Shown here: piece by piece, positions 52,597-64,000 of the stretch
Numbering within the stretch: position 1 is the first letter of the stretch
How the letters are laid out: the number at the start of each line of letters is the position of its first letter
Source of the DNA: Chara braunii
Taxonomy: Eukaryota; Plantae; Charophyceae
Length of the DNA: 64,000 bases
Assembly (NCBI GenBank): GCA_003427395.1
Contig: BFEA01000034.1
Span: 662,042-726,041, forward strand
Direction of reading: 5' to 3'
Made by a program: the position numbers and the translations under genes
The notes under the pieces: generated by a model
The model's database searches: none
Told to the model about the DNA's origin: nothing
The model's input: only the letters and a program-made list of their open reading frames with translations

Positions 52597-52925
52597 CCGT
52601 GTTCTCACACATAACAGCCGTTTTTTTTTCTTTTTTTTTTTCTTCCTTTTTTTTGCGCATCGGTGACCAGCACATTTGCGCTGCAGGTATGCTCCAACCC
52701 CAACCCCCCCCCCCCCCCCCACAAACCCCCCACCCCGAAACCAAAGTTTCTCAGCGGATGTGGGCTGTACTCAGCAAGCGCAGTACAGCCCCAAAGTCAA
52801 AACAAAAACAAAATCAGAGGAAGACTGTTTTCTGAGCCGTCGGCTACCGCCGACCGGTCAGCCCCGATCAGTCGGTACAATACGGTCGGCCATCGGCCCG
52901 ACCGGTCGGCGGGGATGCAACCCTG
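51332..52925 (+). mobile_element. hAT-like MITE with perfect 8-bp TSD, enlarged by a nested insertion
   Basis: CCTGTTAA|CAGGGTTAC...TGCAACCCTG|CCTGTTAA (TSD at 51324-51331 and 52926-52933). Confidence 0.88.
51612..52691. mobile_element. Second non-autonomous TIR element with 8-bp TSD (hAT- or P-like), nested in the MITE
   Basis: CTCCAACC|CATACCTGCGGCG...CGCTGCAGGTATG|CTCCAACC. Confidence 0.85.
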
Positions 52926-53059
52926 CCTGTTAACATGATTTTTTTTTTTTTGCCATTTTTCAGATTTTTTTCTTTTTAATCAGATAAGATATTAAGGTTA
53001 ACTAAACTGATGAGAACAGATACTACAACTTGGCCGAAAGGCAGAAATTTTCACTCGTT

Positions 53060-54080
53060 TGCGAGGATCTGGGTCCTCGGCAGGCCTATGGGGCCCTGTA
53101 TGCAGCATTGCCCGCCCTAAGTGAAGGCGGAGGTGCCCCAAGTGAAGGCGGGCCTAACAAATCACCTGAGGCCCTCGACTGTCAATTTCATATTTGGGGT
53201 CCAGGTAGTTGCGACGCGCCAGTCAGTTGAAAGAAACTTAGGTCGGGCAACACAGACATTTCCACGGCCTTCCGGGCGTTTCCAAAGAATGCAGGCCCTG
53301 GGCGTGATTCGCAGCCTCATACAGAGACAGTTGGGCGCCCAACCGAACAAGGCCCAGCAGCCCAGTAGCTGCTGTACACAGGCAGCTTCCTGGGGCCTTC
53401 CGGAAGCTTCTGGGCCCAGGCCAGTGCAGCCAGGCTGCGTGAGCAGGCCAACTCTTTCCATAAAGGAAAGAGCTCTGCCCTGTCTGCCTCATTCAGGCAC
53501 TCGCATGGCGGCAGCGCTGCTGGAGCAAAGGCTCGCGGCTGCTGGCTGGCGCTGAGAGGCGAGGTGCAACACGTGCGGTCGTGCAGGGAAGAAGGGCGCT
53601 GCTGAGGGCAGCGCCATAGCCCAGCCACCATAGCTGGTGGGCTTGGACTACAGTGAGGCGCAGGAGTGGTCTTCGGGTGAAACAGAGGACAGACGTGGGT
53701 GTAGTCAGGGGATAAGTGAAGGATGATGATGATGATGATGTGAGGGCACTTACCTTGTATTGGCGATGTTCTGCATGGGCGACATCTTCAAGTACTTCGG
53801 GCTGCCGCTGATGTCAACAGTTGCATTGTCATTTCGTAATCTGTAGTAGCTGTGTAGGAGTAGGCTGGGCGCTGAGCGCCAAGTGTGAGTGTGAAGGAAC
53901 TGGACTCTTGTGTTGAGAGGAGAGAGTATGCTCTCCATGAACATTGGTTTTCAGTGCTACGAACCTCCATTGGTGTATTATTGGTGCAATGCTGCTCTTT
54001 GGACACGGTGTGACTGTTTGGCTTTCAATGTGATGGTGTGATCTGGAATTGTCATCTCGCTGTTGCTTATTTTCCTTGCA
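53060..54080 (+). repeat. Solo LTR of the element A family
   Basis: TGCGAGGATCTGGGTCCTC...TTTTCCTTGCA; a more diverged inverted copy of 9445-10436. No PBS or PPT is adjacent. Flanks are CGTT/CATT. Confidence 0.85.
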
Positions 54081-54249
54081 CATTCCTCCTATCAACAAAA
54101 ATCAAAAAAGTTTCGAAAATGGAAAAATCAATAAAGTTTCAAAAATGAAAATGCGCCCATTCGCCACGGAAGTTATCAAGGTCAAAATGAATTTTCAAAA
54201 AAATTCTGATATTTTTCCTGGGTAGATCATGACAAAATCTACTACTTCA

Positions 54250-54515
54250 ACCACCAGTACCTCGCACAGCTGAAAAAAAAGCTTGTGGCCGTTACCGCGC
54301 CGCAGCTTTCAGGGGTCAGGGGAGGCGAACACCCGGTAGTGCCTCATTCAGGAGGCTGGTCGTTTCAGGGTCGGGTGCTCACTTTGTGAAAACTCAAACA
54401 AACGAAAAATTACGAACATACATCTTTCTGTCAAATAAATTAAAAGAAAACAAAAACAAAAACAAAAACAAAAAACAAAACAAGAACGAGAGAAAGAAAG
54501 CGCACCCGTGTGTGT

Positions 54516-54565
<50 letters not shown>

Positions 54566-54853
54566 CACGCTGTCCATTGCACCGCGAATGTGCAAAATGC
54601 AAATGAATCTACCCACGTTCTTGCGGAAGATTCATTCACACTTTGCAGCTTTGGAGAAGAGTGGGACGCGGGCGCTACTCATCAGATGTGCCAAAAGAGA
54701 GCGAATCTTCCAGTGTTCTTGCAGAAGATTCATTCTGATTTTCACACATAACGCACTACTCTTCTCCAAAGCTGCAAAGTGTGAATGAATCTTCCGCAAG
54801 AACGTGGGTAGATTCATTTGCATTTTGCACATTCGCGGTGCAATGGATAGCAT

Positions 54854-54898
<45 letters not shown>

Positions 54899-55650
54899 AC
54901 ACACACGGGTGCGCTTTCGTTCTTTCGTTCTTGTTTTGTTTTTTGTTTTTGTTTTTGTTTTTGTTTTCTTTTTTTTAATTTGACAGAAAGACGTACGTGC
55001 GTAATTTTTCGTTTGTTTGAGTTTTCACAAAGTGAGCATTGCAGAAGATTCATTCTCATTTTCACACATACCGCACTACTGCACACCATAAGACAGAGAG
55101 AGAGAGAGAGCTTCCTGACAAGTTGGCTGTGCCGCGGCAAACTCGCTAGAGCGAGCATCCCTGCAAGTTTGCTGCACCACAGTGCAACCGCTAGGATGCT
55201 CTCTCTCTCACTCTTTCTCTCTCTCTGACGCGGTAGTCCCTCGTGTGCAAAACGAGAATGAATTGCCCGCGAGATCGCCGGAAGATCTGTTCCCATTTTG
55301 CGCATCCCCAAAGAGGCGCACGCAACGACTGGGCTCCAGATGTGCAAAATGAGAATGAATTTCCCGCGAGAACACAGCAAGATTCATTTGTCCCATGATA
55401 ACGGGCAACACGCCATGATAAGGCCTGCACTGCAGACACAACGACTAGGCTCCAGATGTGCAAAATGAGAATGACTTTCCCGCAAGAACGCAGCAAGATT
55501 CATTTGTCCTATGATAACGTGCAACACGCCATGATAAGGCCTGCACTGCAGACCGGTCTCTCGAGGCTTGGCACTCAGAATACCGGTCGCTGCAGGTTCG
55601 GGGTTGTTCGCTTCAGGGTCCGGCCTGAACAACCGGTAGGTACTGGTGGT
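54250..55650. mobile_element. Non-autonomous TTAA-family DNA element containing a long inverted repeat
   Basis: TTCA|ACCACCAGTACCTCGC ... GTAGGTACTGGTGGT|TTAA. The left subterminal region is the inverse of the right end of 40003-40838. Confidence 0.78.
54376..55038. repeat. ~285-bp near-perfect inverted repeat with ~95-bp spacer
   Basis: 54376-54662 is the reverse complement of 54758-55038, including the (GA)n/(TC)n tract. Confidence 0.9.
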
Positions 55651-55760
55651 TTAATAACTGCATAAAGAGCTTGGGTGCTTTATTTTGCCATGGGAACCAG
55701 GTGCTAAATGTTTCATTGAAGCTTTCACAGGCAGTACAGGTCTCGACATGCCTTGTTTAA

Positions 55761-57326
55761 ACCACCCCTCAACCACCTCCTGGAAATTGCCCTCTCTGAG
55801 TTCGGGTGGGGTTTTTTTTTTTTTCCGGGGGGGGGGGGCGACCTATGCCACCCAGCGGGCCTAGTCCTGTAATTTCAAAGTGGCAACTTTTTTCATGTTC
55901 AGAAGACTTCACAGAAAATTCCAAAACTTTGAGGGTCCACAAATTAGGTTGTGATCTTTCCAGGAAAAATATCAGAAAATTAAATAATAAAAAAAAAACA
56001 TTTCGCCCGTGAAATTATTGCCACGCCGATTCAGCACATTTCCATTGTTTTCCGACTCTACCATGTGTCGGCTAACAGAAGAAGTGCGGCAACTTCGGTG
56101 ATTTTTCTCGTTCGGATATCGCGTACAGGACAGCTATTGCACAGGTCAAGGGGTGAAGACAAAGACAGGTCACAGTTCTCATGGTTAAGGCTGGCAATGA
56201 CAATCCCTCCATAACAGTCACCACAAAGATTATGTCATGCGTGCTCACTTAATGCTAAACAAAGACTTGTCACACTTACTCAGGCAAGGCATGCCATGGC
56301 CGCTATGACATATCAAGGCAGCTATGGCATACTGTAAGGACAGATAGGACAAAAAGAGAACACAGTAATATAAGCAACGTATGTCAAGAACTGGCTACTT
56401 TGTATCTTGTTGGCACTGGAAAAGGAAAGCACACTCGTCCTCACAGTTATTGAGCTAAGCATGTCAAAGCAATTATGGCATGACAGCCCTCTGAAGGACC
56501 CTGTTGGCATCACAAAAGGAAAGCATACTCGTCGTCACAGTTATTGAGCAAAGCATGTCAAGGCCATTAAAGCATGACAGCCCCCCTCATCAGCACTGGC
56601 AGTCTGTCCGATTTCCACAGGCACGTTCCAAAGCTTTGGGTGTGCTTCCAATTCGTTGTGTTTCCTATACACACTCCACAAGAAAAAGCGTGACTGTGCC
56701 CGACAGTTTCGTCGGACATTCACCAACTCATCAGGAGGTTGAACCTTGAGAGCCTGGCCAGGATGCATTTGACTGAGGGGTAAGGACTCGGCTTGTCACC
56801 CAGGATCAGCAGTACCACTGAGAAAAGTGGTTGGCTTTACTCGCATCGACCAAATTGGACACCAAATCCAAGGAAAATCTGCACCTGATAAAAAAAGTGC
56901 AATGCTGAATGTTTGTGTGGTTGACAGCCAGCTACACATGCAGCCGTTTGCACAATAATGCAGTTACACATCATATACATCATATAAAACGGGAGTCAGC
57001 TGAGAAGATAAAAATTGTAATGCTGAACGTTTGTGCGTGTTCCCATCCTAGACAAAAGTTCAACAAAAAGCATCCCAAGACAAAGGCACGACATGAAAGA
57101 CTGCCGCCTTCAGTACCCGCCAAAGGAACAATATGCATGGCCAGGAGGTTCACAGAGCACAAGGAGCTAACACTTAAACGACCAGTACTCGGCCCAGCTA
57201 CTGGGTGCAGAAAAATCTAGAGTAGAAACATTTCTAGTTGGACAAATTTGGGCGCTCCTGTAGTGGCCCGTACATTTCTAAAATCATAGCTTGCTAACAG
57301 GCACGACTTCAGGAAGTACTGGTGGT
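55761..57326. mobile_element. Probable TTAA-family DNA element
   Basis: TTAA|ACCACCCCTC ... GGAAGTACTGGTGGT|TTAA. Pairing of these two ends is inferred; another unpaired left end lies at 51181. Confidence 0.55.
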
Positions 57327-58715
57327 TTAACAGAGCCCTCTAGCCTATGGGAATCTTAAGGTGGTAAAAACCCTTGGAGCTCATCCAGGAAGACTGATCA
57401 GGCCTTGTGACGGACCCGCCAGGACGGCGGTCCATCAGGATCACCACGGAGGGTTGAGGAAGGAGGAGATGGAGATGGAACTGTAAGGGACAGTGCAGCT
57501 CCAACACACACTCAACACGCACGTACTCCAAAGTGTGCAAATGCAGAATGAACCAGAATACAGACTGCAGCTGGGGTATACCCCAGTGGACTGACTGGAC
57601 TAGACTGGCCTGGTACCGACAGTGGCACCGGGCAGGACTGGACTGGACCGAAACAGCACACGTCCTGTGGGGTCAGGCCACGGCCTGGCCCCACAGGCCA
57701 AACAGGCAAATAGCCAAATAGGCCGCTGCACGATCCTCAGACCCGTAGTGGATTGCAAGAGCCATAGACATGCTATCCCCAAAAGCAGCAGAACTCTGCA
57801 ACAAGGAAAACTGAGAAATCTAGGATGCGGAACAAGCTCCATGCGGAGTCCATGCGATGCAGCCTAAGCTACATAATGTCATAAAGAAAAGGAAATGTTT
57901 GATATCCACATCCTAACTAATAGCAGAAAAATTTAAATGTAGCATGGTACAATCCTAAAAGTCCTGGAGGCAATTGCCTCATAGCTGAAAAGAAAAGATA
58001 GCAATATGACACAAGGTAATGTCGTGTCGCTGTTTCACGAAGAGTGGGATGGTCTCAAAGGGGGGTGAATGCAGCCTAAGAATGGAAACTCCTAAGAGCA
58101 GTCACACACGAAGGTGGAATAGGTCATCAGACTCCAGGTGAGGGAATGGTAGCGAAACAAACCCAATGACCCTAACAGATAAACCATCAAGGCGGGTAAT
58201 GCTTGCCAAAAGCGTGACGCCATGTAGGGTCGACCATGAAAAAGGGAGCCTGGAATAGGGTGGAGATATGCCTAACTGAAGGCATGCAATAGCCAGCACT
58301 AGGGTGATGAGGGCAGTGGGTGAGGGAAACATGCACACAACTCACCTACTGGGGGAGGGAGCTAGATCTAGGAGCAGGGGTGCCAAGATAATGCTGCAGT
58401 CCCAATGCCCATGCGATACCAAGGGAGAGCCCAACTCAGCGAGACCCAGCTAAGTGAGAACCATCATTCGACACATGCAAGGGAATGTACAGGATACGGT
58501 GGTGGTGTGAAGTAATCACGTCCAAAGTACCTGAAGCTGATAACATGGCTGAAGTATAAAAAGTAGTTGAAGTCGTCGAAGTGGTCGATGACGTCCATGG
58601 AGTACGAGTCTAGTCGATGTCGAAGTAGAGCCGCAAAACACTCACATCCTAAAGAAGTTGATGATCGAGTACCTGATGGTGTGAGTCATTAGGGAGATAG
58701 TAGGTGATCACAGTG

Positions 58716-61700
58716 TCAATAGTCGACACGCCGAGGGCGTCGACGAATGCGCTGTGGATGCGCAAAGGCGTCCGTCTGCTGCTGAACAATGGCCTCAATG
58801 GGAGCGGGCTTGTCCTCGGCAATCTCCTCAGCCAGAGGAGGAGGAAAAGGGTCAGTCAATTGAGTAGGAGCAGATGTCTCAGCACGACGAGCACGGTCAT
58901 ATGCACGCACCAACATCCGAGCGTGCTCCAAGTGCTCAAGGGGCTCCCAAGTAGCCACCTCATCAGGATAACCCTTCCAGCGCACAAGGTACTCAATGCG
59001 TGGAGGGGTATCCTTGGTAACTCGACGAGATACGATGTCGGAAACGACGAAATCCTTGTGACCATCCACGATGATAAGTGGCGAACGCTCATAAGGGCGT
59101 CCGACAAAACGCTCCGACGGTCTGCGACAAGGACGCAGCAAGGAGACGTGGTAAACATCAAGTACGCGAGCCTATCGAAGGTAATCAGGTAGCTTCACAC
59201 GGACTAGCGGCAGTATCAAAACCGACGGCCAGAAGGATGCCGCATGGACCGAAGAAGCGACGACTGAACTTGCAAGGCATATCCGCTTCGAGTTGCAAGT
59301 GGCGTGCGTCGACGAGCACATCATCACCGACTTTGAGTGGATGATCCATTCGTGATCGGTTTGCTCGTGTGATCATGCGGGTCTGGGAGTCGGTTAGACT
59401 CTCGTGTGTGCGCTTCATAATCGCCACCATGTGGGCGATCCACTCGTCAAACGCAGGGCAACGAGTGTCTGGGTGCAACCGCGACGATCGTAGGAAGTCC
59501 GTGAGTGCGCGAGGGTGGTAGTCGAGGTCGCAATAGAATGGCGACATCTTCGTGGCTAGCGAAACAACGTGGTTGTACGCAATCTCCGCGCGGGCCAAGT
59601 ATAAGTCCCACTGCTGGTCACCCCTAATTAACTTTCGGAGGATATCCCCGAGAGTTTTATTGATGACCTCAGTCCGACCATCCGTCTGAGGGTGGTAAGA
59701 CGATGAGAAGCGGTGCTGGGATCCGTACACCTCAAGTAGGCGTCTCCAAAATATGCTGATAAAGCGCGGGTCATGGTCGAAGATGATGCTCTGAGGTAAG
59801 TTGTGATCTCCCACGACTCGGTTGAAAACCACGTCAGCAACCTCAGAGGGCTAATGCGATAGCGGCACGGGACAAAGCGTGCACTCTTCGCGAAGCGATC
59901 GACGACGACCAAGATAACATCATGACCGCGCTCAGTGGGTGGAAGAAGGGGGCCCATGAAATCCATCGAGATGGACTGCCAACAACCCTCGGGTATAGGT
60001 AGGGGTTGAAGTAACCCATACGGAAGGTGCTTCGCACTGTTCACCTCCTGGTACATAGGACACTCCTAGATGTAGGCTTTGACGAAGTCCTTGTGGAAGC
60101 CCATATGCCCGGCAGTAAACATGAGCCAACGTCTTGTGGAAGCCCATATGCCCGGCAGTTGTCTGGTCATGGAACTCTGTTACAGCCTGGACACGGAGTT
60201 GTCCCGTGCAGGGAAGGCAGATACATGGTTCTAGCTGACCAGATCTACCATGTCAGTACAGGAGACCGTTCTCACCACGTGAGTATGAGTGAACGGTCTT
60301 GCCACTCCACAATGTCGCATGGATGACGCGATAATCTGGGCATTGGCGGTACTGAGTGCAATATGCGTCGATCACCTAGTGATCAACAATGGTGATGGAA
60401 ATGGCAGCAAGATGGATGGGTTCCTGATTGTGATCAGGACGGCGGGACAACGCATCGACGACGCGGTTCGTTTCACCCTTGATGGGCTGAGTGCTGAAAC
60501 TGAACTCGGATAAGTCATGCCACCAATGTGCCTGTCCAGGGGAAAGTTTGGGCTTAGTGAGGAAAGCCTGGACAACTGAGTTGTACGTGCACAACTTGAA
60601 GGGCGCCCCGTGCAGATAATGACGCCAATGCCGGGTAACATAAACTACTGCGAGAACCTCACGTTCATTGGCAATGTAGTTTATCTCAACAGGCACTAGC
60701 TGCCCGGAAGTAGAATCTTCAGCACGAGCCTCCACAGTCCCATCCTCCGCGATGGTCGAGGAGTAAGTAACGGGAGGACTGTCAGTGGAGGAAAGTGGCG
60801 GGAGGATAGGCGTCAGTCGAGAAGCAGTGTCATCAGGAGAGGGGGAGGAAGGAGGAACAAGAGGCAAGGTGAATCGGGAGGAGAGAAAAACACTTGAGAG
60901 AGTACAACTCCTACTGCAAAATCCGACGCATCAGTGGTAACGATGAAGGGACAATCAAAATCAAGGAGGCAAAAAACCGCACACAAGTCACCGCCTTCTT
61001 GAGGCCGCGAAAAGCATCCTCGCAGAGGGGTGTCCGGAACCATGGCGGGTTCTTCCGGCGGAGGGTGGAGATAAGGACATAGGAATACCTGGTCAAACAC
61101 ATTGTGTCCTAGGAAGTCCACTTTGCTCTGGGCAAAGCGGCACTTACTAAGCTTGGCACAGAAGCCATGCTTGCATAAGCCCAGTAGGACATCGCGGAGT
61201 TGTCTGAGATCGTCTTGTAGACCAGGATGTCGTCCATCGGGTGCATTGGTGAGGCCGAACGGCATCACCGTGAACTCATAGTGGCCTAAGTGCGACCGGA
61301 AGGCAATCTTCGGTTGATCCTCTGTGGCCACGCGGATCTGATGGTAACCGCTACGAAGATCAATCTTCGTAAAGAAGTGGTTGTCTGCCAGACGATCAAA
61401 CAGCTCATACGCACGAGGCATGGGATAGTTATTCTTAACCGTGTAACGGTTAAGGGCGCGATCGTCGATGTAGAGGCGAAGAGTTTTGTCTGCTTTGCGA
61501 GCAAAGACGACGGGTGCACCCCAAGGGGAGTTACTGGGTTTAATGAAACCCAATCGAAGGAGCTCCTCAAGCTCACACTCGAGTGCCATCGCCTCTCGAA
61601 TCGAGAGTCGGTAGGGTGCCTGATGGTCGACGCAATAGTCTGGCATGAGCTGGATACAATGCTCAACACCTCGCATGGGAGGAATCCCGCTGTACGAGAA

Positions 61701-64000
61701 CTACAGGGGGAAAATGACGCGGTACTCTCAAATCAAATCTCGAACGGCAGGCTCTAAGTCGATCGTGAAACGTGTGAGTTCCTCAGCGTCTACGTCGGCG
61801 CGAGACGTATGAGTGGACTGTACAGTCCACAACACAGGGACCTGGGACGTTGAAGGAGTATCCGCAGGCTGACGGGTGGATGTGGAGATGGGAGTTGCGA
61901 AGATGGAAAAAGGGTCAAGAAGAAAGGAAAGCGAGACCCGAAGGTAGCTAGGCGAGCTTCCTCAACCACTCATGGGAGTGCACGACCCATGGCGAACATA
62001 GCCATCTGCACGCGCTCGGCCACTGGGACAGTGTCGTCTGCCAGGTGATACTGGATGACGTCTCGGAGCTCGACATCCTCCGAGGGTAGGGTCAAGCTCG
62101 GTCGAGGCGTCCTCGCCGTACTCCAGTGAAGCAAAGAGAATGGCACTCCAGGTCAAGCTGGTCGGCGAAAGAGGCCAGAGAAAAACGATCGACCGAGAGT
62201 AGCACCGCATGACTGGGTGGAGGCAGTGGTGGATCACAAAGAAGATGGGGCGTCAGAGAAGCGATTCCGCATCTTCTAGTACTGTTGAGCAGCTTCGTAG
62301 GCCTGCTCTGAGGAGGCGAAGCTCTGTCGCTCGAGCTCGATGCAATAGTCAGTCGGAAGAGTAACTACGAACCTGTTGGTCAAAAGGACCTTAGGTAGGA
62401 GTGTCGCATCGCAAATGAGGCGGGCGTCCTGAAACACTCTAATGTGACACTCGAGATCGGCTGGTGCGGAAGACCCACGTGACCCGACCGGCTGGTGCGG
62501 AGGACCGGTGCCACTGCGTCGGTCGCATCGTGGAAAGTGTCGTAGCGGTCAAGGAGGAACGCGGTGAAATCCGCGAGAGTGGGATCCTCACTTGAGCGAG
62601 TGCGATGGGTATAATAGTTCTCCCATGCGAAGAGTGCGCTGCCTCGCAGCACCACAACGCCTGACTAGTGTTAGTCAGTGTAAGCGCACGTGTGGCAGCC
62701 TGCAACCAGTGCGACACACATTGTACCATCGTAGTCACATATGTCCGACAGACGCACAAGGTTGGAACCGCCGTGCTGACGGCAAGGGGAGAGAGGTTGA
62801 CTGGCCTGCATTGCGGCCGCAAATGTCGAGGCCGGTGAAGAGGTAGACGTGGTAGCAGGCTACTGGTGGAAGGTCCAGCAGACTAGGGAAAGACAACAGC
62901 CAACTGTGATGAAGTAGCGAGATAGGCGGGTAGAGGGGGGGGAGCCGATTGAGGGAAATGAGCAGGCAAGACAAAGGGTGAGCAACCTGTGTAGGGTGAG
63001 GCTGTCTCACGAAGAGAATCTCCGCCTGGAGCTCCGCCACAGTGTCCTGTAGGGTAGCCACCCGCTGGGTGCGCGGGGTCGAACGTGGAGGCCGCGAAGA
63101 TTGTACCCTAGCAGGAGGAAGAACTCCGAGCCACTGCCGCGACCGGTGCAGGAAGCTGGGATGCAGCACCAAGGTGGGTAGATGAAATTGCCTAGCCAGA
63201 TACCGGTAACTGGGCGACAGCACACGCGACAGAGGCCGAAGCGGCAGGGGCGACGGGAGCCAATGAATGTGCCGCAACAGACGGTATGGTCTGAGCGACA
63301 GCAACACTCACTACTGCACAGGGGGAGTGTTGACCAGGCCCGCGAAGAAGGACGAACCACCACATCTCCGTTCTTGAAGTCGTGGAGAGTCGGACTTTGA
63401 GCGGTGGGGAGAGCGATGAGGAAAACCCTTGAGGCAGTGAACTTCAAGCGCGAGCCCATTGACTTGTGTCGCATATCGTAACGGTATAGACCAAAACACG
63501 AACCGACCTCTCACAAACAAGATAACACAGCGAAAGGCTTATAGATACCAATGATCCGAACAATCAATGTTGCCATGCAGACCAAACATACATCATCATT
63601 ATTCCATGGTGTGAAGGGGCCTGGCGCTCACACAGGAAGAATGCGCCAGTCCCCAACTATACACAGACGAAGAAGAGGGGGGTTAGACGAAGAAGAGGGG
63701 AAGATGGGAATGTCGTCAAACCAGGTCTTCGGTACAGTTCGAAATAATCCCTTGTCAAATGTCTCAATCCCAATGTCGAGTCTGGATCCAAATGCCGTCA
63801 AATCCCAAAGTCACCGATCTCTCTCTCTCGTAGTTTGCAAATACTTAGAAGTTAGGTCGCAAAAGGGTGAGGGAGAGTTGGTGGACTTGAAGAGGAAGAA
63901 GAAAATCTCTCTCTCTCTCTCTCTCTCTGGTACTAACCTGTGAAGGTGGCGCCTTGTTGCATGTACATCGAAGATGAAGCTGGAGCGATAGGGTGAGGAA
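58716..64000 (-). mobile_element. Decayed Ty3/Gypsy chromovirus-type retrotransposon C (5' LTR starts at 63552 and runs off the window; no matching 3' LTR)
   Basis: PBS-like TGGTATCT at about 63543-63550; gag remnant at 62380-62822; RT KIDLRSGYHQIRV/YEFTVMPFGLTNAP; RNase H TTDASDFAVG; integrase WQSISMDF/YHPQTDGRTE; chromodomain FVVSDIVSRR...EYLVRWKGYPDEVATWEPLEHL. Confidence 0.88.

Noticed and set aside
57406-57757. Small solo LTR (TGTGACGG...TTGCA) or the 3' LTR of element C
   Set aside because: No similarity to the 63552 LTR, no PPT and no TSD.

Overview
Repeat-dense eukaryotic nuclear DNA from a draft assembly (three N gaps, two leftover Nextera mate-pair adapters). The style suggests a streptophyte alga such as Chara, but that is inference only. 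The only clear host gene is a minus-strand RabE/Rab8 small GTPase. Three internal exons are visible (41555-41458, 34490-34428, 20110-20012), separated by introns of about 7 kb and 14.3 kb, with more than 22 kb upstream lacking the next exon. The rest is nested mobile DNA. There are three decayed chromodomain-bearing Ty3/Gypsy retrotransposons (148-10436, 22732-32454 with a perfect CCATG TSD, and about 58716-64000), plus a solo LTR and an orphan LTR. There are hAT-like elements with 8-bp TSDs, one nested inside another. A family of non-autonomous DNA elements inserts into TTAA but has ACCAC...GTGGT termini. Two organelle-derived inserts are present: a LAGLIDADG homing-endonuclease fragment inside a gag gene and a mitochondrial-type SSU rRNA fragment. 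No intact transposase or intact pol was seen.
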